A DNA stretch of 64,000 bases from an uncultured Acidobacteriota bacterium (GTDB lineage Bacteria > Acidobacteriota > Polarisedimenticolia > J045), in contig CAYQTA010000011.1 of assembly GCA_964420365.1 (NCBI GenBank), positions 13,031 to 77,030 on the forward strand. The letters are read 5' to 3'. A program made the position numbers and the translations under genes. Positions 8,641 to 15,955 of the stretch are shown piece after piece. How positions within the stretch are numbered: position 1 is the first letter of the stretch; every line of letters starts with the position of its first letter. The notes below the pieces were generated by a model. The model had not been told where the DNA came from. It did not search any database and saw nothing but the letters and a program-made list of their open reading frames with translations.

Positions 8641-9824
8641 GCGTCGTCTCCCAGGAGGCCCATCGCCCGGGCCCGCTCCACGAGCTTGAGTGCCCGCTCG
8701 ACGACGGGCGGATCGATCATCTTGCTGCCGAGGCTGACGACGCCGAGCCCCCTCGCCTGCGCGTCTTCGAAGGCCGCGACGATCTTCCGGGCCCTCTCGA
8801 TCTCGGCGGCGGAGGGGGCGAACGCCTCGTGGATCACCGGGACCTGCCGCGGATGGACCGCCCCCATTCCCTCGAAGCCGATCGCCCGGGCCCGCTCGCC
8901 CCACGCCCGGAGGCCGTCCATGTCGGCGACGTTCCCGTAGACCGAGTCGATCGCCTGGATGCCCGCCGCCTTGGCGGCATTGACGAGGCGCAGCCGGGCC
9001 CAGAGGCTCTCCTCGCCCCCCGGCGTCTTCACGACCCCGAGGTCGGCCGTGTAGTCCTCGAGCCCGATCGTCAGCGCACAGACCCGCTCCGAGGCGGTCG
9101 CGATCTCGAACGCCCGCTCGATCCCGAGGGCCGACTCGAGGATCGGCATCAGCCAGACGTCCCGGTCGGGCAGGATCCGCCGGATCGCGGCGTCCACCTC
9201 GCGGACCTGCTCGGCGGACTCGACCTTCGGGACCAGCACCAGGTCCGGCCGTTCCGGGATCACCTCCCGCAGGTCCTCGAGTCCCAGCGGGAGCTGGTTG
9301 ATCCGCACCATCCGCTCGGCCCCGCCGAAGTCGATCGCCCGCAGGGCGTTGCGCACCAGGAGCCGGGCCGCGTCCTTCTCCGCCGGGTGCACGGAGTCCT
9401 CGAGGTCGAGGATCAGGCCGTCCGCCCCGTGGAGCCCGGCGTTCGGGAAGTACTTCGGCTCGTTGCCCGGGAGGTAGAGCCGGGACCGGCGCAGCCGGTC
9501 CCGGGGCGACGGGGGGGGCAGGGGGAGCCCCCCGGGGAGGTGCCGCTTCCCCTCGCCGAGGCCCGCCCGGCGCACCGCCGCCTCGATCCGGGCCGCGATG
9601 ACGAACGGCAGGGCTCCCCGGTCGTCGATCTCGAGCCGACCGGCGGTGACCCCCAGGTCCGCGAGAACCCGCCGCGCCTGCTCCTCGATCGCCGTGCCGT
9701 ACCAGGTGGCGACCTTCGACCGCAGCTCGATGCGGAGACCGTCCCCGCCCGGCTCGAAGCGGACGAACAGGTCCGAGCGAACCCCATCGCCCCGGCGGCC
9801 GGCCTCTCCCGCGCGCTCGCCCAT
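8637..9824 (-). CDS. CitD (ACP-like)-CitE (citryl-CoA lyase family) fusion
   Basis: The N-terminal ~90 aa are CitD-like (RSDLFV…IELRSKV…YG.AI…IDDRGALPFVIAARIEAAV). The CitE domain follows: RRSRLYLPGN, ILDLEDSV, RMVRIN, ILESALG, GLEDYTADLG, HPRQ. Confidence 0.85.
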   Translation of the reverse strand: MGERAGEAGRRGDGVRSDLFVRFEPGGDGLRIELRSKVATWYGTAIEEQARRVLADLGVTAGRLEIDDRGALPFVIAARIEAAVRRAGLGEGKRHLPGGLPLPPPSPRDRLRRSRLYLPGNEPKYFPNAGLHGADGLILDLEDSVHPAEKDAARLLVRNALRAIDFGGAERMVRINQLPLGLEDLREVIPERPDLVLVPKVESAEQVREVDAAIRRILPDRDVWLMPILESALGIERAFEIATASERVCALTIGLEDYTADLGVVKTPGGEESLWARLRLVNAAKAAGIQAIDSVYGNVADMDGLRAWGERARAIGFEGMGAVHPRQVPVIHEAFAPSAAEIERARKIVAAFEDAQARGLGVVSLGSKMIDPPVVERALKLVERARAMGLLGDDA

Positions 9825-9835
9825 GGTTTCCTCGC

Positions 9836-11020
9836 TCACAGGTTGGCGATGATCGCGTCCGTCATCTGCGTCGTCGTGGCCGCTCCCCGGGAGATCGCGT
9901 CCGGGCCACCCGGGATCTTCATCATGTCGTAGGTGCGGACCTTCCCCTCCGCGATCACGGCCGCGATCGCCTCGCGCACCCGCCTCGCCTTCTCCTCCTC
10001 GCCCACGTGGTCGAGCAGCATCGCGGCGGAGAGGATCATCGCGATCGGGTTGACGATCGGGGGGTCGAGCTCGGCGTACTTCGGCGCGGACCCGTGGGTC
10101 GGCTCGAACACCGCGACCTCGTCCCCGATGTTCCCCGAGCAGGCGAACCCGAGCCCGCCGACCAGCCCGGCAAAGGCGTCGGAAACGATGTCGCCGAACA
10201 GGTTGCCGGCGACGATCACGCCGTAGTCCTCCGGGTTCTTCGTCAGCCACATCATCTGGGCGTCGATGTTCGTCGACCAGAGCTCGATCTCCGGGAAGTC
10301 CTTCCGCACCTCGCGCGCGACCTCCTCCATCATGCCGGAGGTCTCGCGCAGCACGTTCGGCTTCTCGCAGACCGTCACCGACCGGTACCCGTGCTTCTTC
10401 GCGTACTGGAAGGCCGCGGTGAGGATCCGGCGGCAGGCACGCCGGGTGAAGATCCGAACGGAAAGGGCCAGGTCCTCGCCGGGAACGTCCTTGAAGCGCT
10501 CGAACTTGGGATGCGTCTCGAGCGCCTTGCGGACCACCTCCGGCGGATCGGTCCACTCGACGCCCGCGTAGAGCCCCTCGGTGTTCTGCCGGAAGATCAC
10601 GGCGTCCACCGGCGGCTCCTCGAACCCGCCGTCGGGGGTCCGCCGGATGAAGTTCAGCGGGTTCCCCCTGAACGACCGGCAGGGCCGGATGCAGACGTCG
10701 AGGTTGAACCGCTGCCGCATCCCGACGATCGGGGAGAAGTAGACGTATCCCCTGTCGCGCAGGGAGGGATCGAGTTCCTTCGCCGCCTCGGCCTTGGGCT
10801 TGCTCGTGATCGCCCCGAAGAGTCCCAGCTTGTGCTCGGCGAGCAGCTCGACGGTCCGCTCCGGGAGGGGATTCCCCTCCTTCACCCAGAACTCCCAGCC
10901 GATGTCCGCGTGCACGTACTCGGCATCGAAGCCGACCGCGTCGAGGACGCGGATCGCCTCCGGCAGCACGGTCTTGCCGATCCCGTCGCCGGGCATCGCC
11001 ACCACGGTGTACTTCGCCAT
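9836..11020 (-). CDS. Isocitrate/isopropylmalate/homoisocitrate dehydrogenase family protein
   Basis: Motifs PGDGIG, GAITS, SPIVGMR, NTEGLY, KPNVL, NLFGDIVSD and FEPTHGSAPKYA. Confidence 0.9.
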   Translation of the reverse strand: MAKYTVVAMPGDGIGKTVLPEAIRVLDAVGFDAEYVHADIGWEFWVKEGNPLPERTVELLAEHKLGLFGAITSKPKAEAAKELDPSLRDRGYVYFSPIVGMRQRFNLDVCIRPCRSFRGNPLNFIRRTPDGGFEEPPVDAVIFRQNTEGLYAGVEWTDPPEVVRKALETHPKFERFKDVPGEDLALSVRIFTRRACRRILTAAFQYAKKHGYRSVTVCEKPNVLRETSGMMEEVAREVRKDFPEIELWSTNIDAQMMWLTKNPEDYGVIVAGNLFGDIVSDAFAGLVGGLGFACSGNIGDEVAVFEPTHGSAPKYAELDPPIVNPIAMILSAAMLLDHVGEEEKARRVREAIAAVIAEGKVRTYDMMKIPGGPDAISRGAATTTQMTDAIIANL

Positions 11021-11024
11021 CGTC

Positions 11025-12983
11025 TCACCCCTCCTGGTTCCCGCCCGCGGCGAGCTTCTGTTTCACGAGGTTCTCCACCCCGCCCGCGACGACCAGCGCC
11101 TGGGGCACCTCCGACAGGGCGGGGAACGGCCACTCCTTCCCGTCCCAGCGGATGACGCCCGCGGCGAAGTCGACCTCGATCTCCTCGCCGGGGACGATCG
11201 TCCGCTCGCCGGCCGCGACCCGGTCCGCGAACCGCTCCCGGAGGGCGGCGACCAGGTCGGGCTGGACGATGCAGGCGAAGCCGTTGTTGAACGCGTTCCT
11301 CAGGTACGTCTGGGAGAAACCGGCCGCGATCACCAGCGCGATCCCCTTCGCCTGCAGCGCGGTGACCGCCTGCTCGCGGCTCGACCCGGTGCCGAAGTTG
11401 AACCCGCCGACGAGGACGTCTCCCTCGCGGGTCTTCGCCGCGAACTCCGGGTCGTAGTTCTCCATCACGACCCGGGCCATCTCCTCCCGGGTCATGTCCT
11501 CGCGGTAGGTGTAGTCCTTTCCGTAGATGCCGTCGGTGTTGAGGTTGTCCTGCGGCAGGAAGACCAGCCGCCCGCGGACCCGCTCCGGGAACCCCGGGAG
11601 GATCTCCACCCTCGCCGGCTCCCGGGCCGGTTCCTCGAACTGCTCGATCCGCCGGGCCGGTTCCCGCGCGTCCCACTCGCCGGGGCCGGTGATCTTCCCG
11701 GCCAGCGCCGAGGCAGCGACGACGGCAGGACTCGCCAGGTAGCAGCGGGCGTCCCGGGACCCCATCCGGCCCTTGAAGTTCCGGTTGGTCGCCGAGATGC
11801 CGACCTCCCCCGCCTCGAGGAGCCCCACCCCGAGCCCGATGCAGGGGCCGCAGGCGGGGGGCAGCATCACGGCGCCCGCCTCCTTGAGAATGCGCCAGGT
11901 CCCACGGCGCTCCGCCTCCGCCTGGATCTCCCGGCTGGCCGCGGCGACGTACAACCGTGCCCTCGCCCTCTTCCCGGCCAGGACCCGCGCCGCCGCCTCC
12001 AGGTCCTCGAGGCGGGAGTTCACGCACGAAAGGATGTAGGCCCGGTCGACGGGAATCTCCTGCCGGGCGACTTCAGGCAGCGGCGCCCCGGCCTGGACGG
12101 TGTCCGGGCCGGCCACGTGGGGCACGACCTCCCCGAGGTCGAGGACGATCCGGGCCGCGTAGCGGGCATCCGGGTCGGGCGCCGGGGGATCCTCTTCCCA
12201 CCGGTCGATGTCGTCCGCGGAGAACGGCCGCCGCCCGGTCGCCTCGAGCACGGCGAGCCGCTCCCGGAACCAGGCGATCGTCCGCCCGTCCACCGGGAAC
12301 CAGCCGGTGAGAGCACCCCACTCGGTCGTCATGTTGGCGATCGTCATCCGGGCATCGATCGAGAGCTCGGCGACCCCCGGCCCCGCGAACTCGACGGCGG
12401 CGTTCAGCGCCTCCCCCTCCCGGTACAGCCGGCAGAGGGCGAGGATCACGTCCTTGCCGGTGACGCCCTCCCGGAGCTTCCCCTCGAGGACGACCTGGAC
12501 GGTCCGCGGCACCTGCCACCAGGTCTCCCCGGAGGCCCAGATCGCGGCCGCGTCGGTCCGCACGACCGGCGTGCCGAGGGCACCGACCGCCCCGTACATG
12601 TTCGAGTGGCTGTCCGACGCGACGACCAGGGCGCCGGGAGTGACGTACCCCTGCTCCAGCATCACCTGGTGGCCGATGCCGGTGCCCGCCGGCCAGAAGT
12701 CGATCCCCTGTTCCCGGGCGAACGCCTCGATCGATGCGTACTTGGCCAGGTTCTTCGCCGACACGTTCTGGATGTCGTGATCGAGGGCGAAGACCGGCTG
12801 CCGGGGATCGTGGACCCGGGGGATGCCGAGTCCCCGGAACTTCTTCATCACCGCGGCCGTGTTGTCGTGGGTCATCACGTGCTTCGGGCGCACGGTGACG
12901 AAGTCGCCGGCGCGCACCTCCCGGTCCCGCGGACCGGAGGTCATGTGCGCCTGGGCGATCTTCTCGGCAATCGTCTGGCCCAT
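11025..12983 (-). CDS. Single-chain homoaconitase-like hydratase (fungal Lys4/LysF type; large and swivel domains fused)
   Basis: Motifs HVMTHDN, LDHDIQN, GIGHQVM, ASDSHSNMYG, RTDAAAIWASGETWWQVP; Fe-S cysteines in SCVNSR and ACGPCIG; C-terminal DNLNTDGIY…MENYDPEF…NFGTGSSREQA. Confidence 0.85.
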   Translation of the reverse strand: MGQTIAEKIAQAHMTSGPRDREVRAGDFVTVRPKHVMTHDNTAAVMKKFRGLGIPRVHDPRQPVFALDHDIQNVSAKNLAKYASIEAFAREQGIDFWPAGTGIGHQVMLEQGYVTPGALVVASDSHSNMYGAVGALGTPVVRTDAAAIWASGETWWQVPRTVQVVLEGKLREGVTGKDVILALCRLYREGEALNAAVEFAGPGVAELSIDARMTIANMTTEWGALTGWFPVDGRTIAWFRERLAVLEATGRRPFSADDIDRWEEDPPAPDPDARYAARIVLDLGEVVPHVAGPDTVQAGAPLPEVARQEIPVDRAYILSCVNSRLEDLEAAARVLAGKRARARLYVAAASREIQAEAERRGTWRILKEAGAVMLPPACGPCIGLGVGLLEAGEVGISATNRNFKGRMGSRDARCYLASPAVVAASALAGKITGPGEWDAREPARRIEQFEEPAREPARVEILPGFPERVRGRLVFLPQDNLNTDGIYGKDYTYREDMTREEMARVVMENYDPEFAAKTREGDVLVGGFNFGTGSSREQAVTALQAKGIALVIAAGFSQTYLRNAFNNGFACIVQPDLVAALRERFADRVAAGERTIVPGEEIEVDFAAGVIRWDGKEWPFPALSEVPQALVVAGGVENLVKQKLAAGGNQEG

Positions 12984-12997
12984 CACGGCCTCCCGGC

Positions 12998-14371
12998 TCA
13001 GGCGTCCTTCGCGCAGAGCGCCATCAGCTCGGTGATCGAGCCGAGGTTCTCCAGGTTCCAGACGGCCTCCTTCAGCCTCGCGCGCCGCTCCTCCGAGAGC
13101 ACCGGGGCCGCGAGGGCGTCGAACTTCGCCTCGATCTCCTCGTCCGAGAGCGGGTTGCGCGGGTCGCCCTTGGGATAGTCGAGCTGCTTCTCGTAGCGCT
13201 GCCCGTCGACCGTCTCGATGGTGACGTGGACCCGCTGCAGCTCGGGAAAGACCTTCTCGATCTCCGGGTCGGCGAGGACTTCCACCTTGTGGAGCTGTTC
13301 CCGGATCACCGGGTCCATGATGCGCTCCGGCGTGAAGGCCGCAGGGGTCACGTTCCGGTCGACCAGGGCCGCGGCGATCACGTACGGCAGCGAGTGGTCC
13401 GCCGTTTCCTTGCTCCGCGGGTCGTACTTGCTCGGGTCGGCAAGGATGTCGGCGGCACGGGCGAGAGAGCGGATGATCACCTTCTTCACTCGCTCCGGTG
13501 CCAGGTCGTGCTCCCGCACCAGGTCGAGGACGGCGGAGATCGGCGTATGGGTCAGCGCCTCGGTCGGAAACGCCTTCATCCCGCAGCGGGTGATCCGCCA
13601 CGACTCTCCCAGCCCCTCGACCAGGATGTCCAGCTTCCACTCCGGCCCGAGGCAGTGGACCAGCCCCTCCTTGCCGTCGATCACGTGCTCCGGCCCCGTG
13701 TAGCCCTTCTCCGCCAGGAGGGCCGCCAGCACGCCGGACTGGGTGGCCAGCGGGTCGACGGTGTTCTTCATCATCGTCAGCTTGCCGGCGGTCACCGCGC
13801 CCAGGGTGGCGTGGCGGCTGCCGGAGATACCGATCGCGTGCTGGATCTTCTCCCAGTCCAGGTGAAGCATCCGCCCCGCGACGATCGGCGCGGCGAACGC
13901 GGTCAGCGTCGCGTGGTGCCAGCCCCGTTCCCGGATCCCCGGGAACGCGATCTCGCACAGCCGCATCTCGAACTCGTGTCCGAGCACGATCCCGACGATC
14001 AGCTCCTTTCCGTCTCCCCCGGCCCGCTCGCCGCACGCCATCGCCGCCGGGATGATGTCCGAGGGATGGGACGGGTCCTGCTGCCAGTAGATGTCGTTGT
14101 AGTCCATCACCCGGACCATCAGGGCGTTCGCCAGCGAGGCCGAGACCGGGTCGAGCCGCTTCCCGGTCCCGATCACCGTGGCCGGCCCCTCCCCGGCGCA
14201 CTCCTCGAGGACGCCGAGGGCGATCTCGACGTCGTGCTTGGTGTACCCCCCGAGGGCACACCCGAGGGAATCGAGGAGGAAGCGCTTCGCCTCCCGGACG
14301 GCCTCCGGGGACAGGTCGTCGAACCTGAGGTCGGCGGCCCAGCGGGCCATCTTCTCGGTGATCGTGCTCAT
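12998..14371 (-). CDS. MmgE/PrpD-family dehydratase
   Basis: Motifs LLDSLGCALG, RVMDYNDIY…HPSD, RGWHHAT, KAFPTEALTH, ETADHSLPY and PKGDPRNPLSDEEIEAKF. ATGA overlap with the upstream gene. Confidence 0.9.
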   Translation of the reverse strand: MSTITEKMARWAADLRFDDLSPEAVREAKRFLLDSLGCALGGYTKHDVEIALGVLEECAGEGPATVIGTGKRLDPVSASLANALMVRVMDYNDIYWQQDPSHPSDIIPAAMACGERAGGDGKELIVGIVLGHEFEMRLCEIAFPGIRERGWHHATLTAFAAPIVAGRMLHLDWEKIQHAIGISGSRHATLGAVTAGKLTMMKNTVDPLATQSGVLAALLAEKGYTGPEHVIDGKEGLVHCLGPEWKLDILVEGLGESWRITRCGMKAFPTEALTHTPISAVLDLVREHDLAPERVKKVIIRSLARAADILADPSKYDPRSKETADHSLPYVIAAALVDRNVTPAAFTPERIMDPVIREQLHKVEVLADPEIEKVFPELQRVHVTIETVDGQRYEKQLDYPKGDPRNPLSDEEIEAKFDALAAPVLSEERRARLKEAVWNLENLGSITELMALCAKDA

Positions 14372-14910
14372 CGCAGGCTCTCCTTGAAGGGCAGGAAGCT
14401 CATGAAGTCCGCGTGGTGGACGATCGTCGCCTCGACGCTGCGCTTCACCATGTTTCCCTCGCCGGCGTGCGCGGCGATGACGTGGCACACCGCGTCGGGC
14501 ACGCCGCACTCCATGGCGAGGGCCACGCCGGTGAACGGGTGCCGCAGGTACTTCCCGCGCATGCTCTGCCGGGCCTCGCCCTCCACGATCTCGTACTCGA
14601 GGAGCTTGCCGACGTCGGCGAGGATCGCCCCCGCGATCACGACGTCCATGTCGATCGGCAGCGACTTCCCCATGAACTCCCGCATCGCCTCGGCGGACCT
14701 CCGGGCGATGTGGACCACGCAGCGCTTGTGTTCCATGAAGGTGACCGGGCAGTCCGGCACGAGCAGCGTGAACGGGATCCGCTCGAGGTCCTCCGGGGCC
14801 AGCGGACTTCTCTCGAGGGCAAGCTCCCATGTTCGCTCGACTTTTGCCCGCAGGTCGGAGTCGGAGATCCACTCCAGCTCGGGCCACAGGCGGCGGACGG
14901 CGTCGCTCAT
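14368..14910 (-). CDS. HD-superfamily (HDIG-like) protein with HD replaced by AD
   Basis: Motifs MEH(61)KRCV, GAILA(98)D(99)VGKLLEY, RHPFTG, IAAHAGEG and IVHHAD. First gene of the operon. Confidence 0.75.
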   Translation of the reverse strand: MSDAVRRLWPELEWISDSDLRAKVERTWELALERSPLAPEDLERIPFTLLVPDCPVTFMEHKRCVVHIARRSAEAMREFMGKSLPIDMDVVIAGAILADVGKLLEYEIVEGEARQSMRGKYLRHPFTGVALAMECGVPDAVCHVIAAHAGEGNMVKRSVEATIVHHADFMSFLPFKESLR

Positions 14911-14976
14911 CGCGGGTTCTCCTTCCGGTTGTGGCCGGTAAGATTACCCGGCCCGCATCCCGGAGGCCAAGGCTCG

Positions 14977-15594
14977 ATGACCCGGATCCCCCCCCACCAC
15001 CCGAGGAACTTCCTCTTCGACCTGTCCGCGCCCGCCTGGGACGTCCTGATGGGCCGCTGGGCGCTGCGCGACGTCCTCCGGCGGCTGGGCCCCGGGCGCG
15101 GCAGGCGGGTCCTCGACCTCGGCGGGGCGACCGGACGCCTGTCCGTGCACCTGGCCCGCCTGGGGATGCGCCCGGTTGTGCTCGATCCGTCCCTCCCGAT
15201 GGTTCGCCGGGCCCGGAGACGGGGCCTCGCCGCCGTGGCCGGCTCGGCCCATGCCCTGCCCTTCCGGGACGGCGCGTTCGACGCGGTGATCGTCCTCGAC
15301 GCCCTGCACCACGTGTCCGACATCCCCCGGAGCCTCGGGGAGGCCGCCCGCGTCCTCGAGCCCGGGGGCCGGCTGCTGCTCCACGAGCCGGATCCCGAGA
15401 CGGCCATGGGACGGCTGACGGCGGTGCTGGAACGCCTCGCGGGGATGGGCAGCCTGCTCCTGCCGGCGGCGACCCTCGAGGCCCTCCTCCGGGAGGCGGG
15501 CCTCGAGGTGGTCCTCGTCGAGCGAAGGCGCTTCCATCTCGAGATCGAGGCCGGGAAACCGGGCCCCGGACCTCCCCGGCCGCCTAGAGGGTGA
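14977..15594 (+). CDS. Class I SAM-dependent methyltransferase
   Basis: Motifs VLDLGGATG, AHALPFRDGAFDAV and VLEPGGRLLL. GGAGG upstream of ATG 14977. Confidence 0.8.
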   Translation: MTRIPPHHPRNFLFDLSAPAWDVLMGRWALRDVLRRLGPGRGRRVLDLGGATGRLSVHLARLGMRPVVLDPSLPMVRRARRRGLAAVAGSAHALPFRDGAFDAVIVLDALHHVSDIPRSLGEAARVLEPGGRLLLHEPDPETAMGRLTAVLERLAGMGSLLLPAATLEALLREAGLEVVLVERRRFHLEIEAGKPGPGPPRPPRG

Positions 15595-15955
15595 ACGCCC
15601 CCCGGACGTGGTGGACGCGGAGCCTCCCCTCGCCGACGCGCACCGCAACGACGTCGAAACGGCAGGGCCGGTCCGCCCCGCCGTGGCGGCGAAGCCAGGC
15701 GACCGCCGCCCGGGCGATCCGGGCCTGCTTGCGGGGTCCCACCGACGCCTCGGGCGACCAGGGGCTGCCCTCGCGCCGGGAACGGACCTCCACGAAGACG
15801 AGGGTCTCCCCCTCGCGGGCGACGATGTCGATCTCGCCCCCCCTGGTGCGGAAGTTCCGGGCCAGGACGATGAATCCGCGCCGCGCGAGCCACGCCGCGA
15901 CCCGCTCCTCGACGGCCCGCCCCCGGCGAACCCGGTCGTCTCCCGGGCGCGTCAC
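15584..15955 (-). CDS. yraN: YraN (UPF0102) family protein
   Basis: Motifs GRAVEERVAAWL…ARNFRTRGGEIDIVAREGETLVFVEVRSR…CRFDVVAV. The GTG start overlaps the cysS stop. Confidence 0.88.
   Translation of the reverse strand: MTRPGDDRVRRGRAVEERVAAWLARRGFIVLARNFRTRGGEIDIVAREGETLVFVEVRSRREGSPWSPEASVGPRKQARIARAAVAWLRRHGGADRPCRFDVVAVRVGEGRLRVHHVRGAFTL

Noticed and set aside
7084-14910. Reading the operon as a standard methylcitrate cycle or a standard citrate-fermentation (citCDEFXG) locus
   Set aside because: prpB, prpC, acnD/prpF, citC, citG, citX, a citrate transporter and oxaloacetate decarboxylase are all absent from the window, while the homoaconitase-like and dehydrogenase genes belong to neither system.
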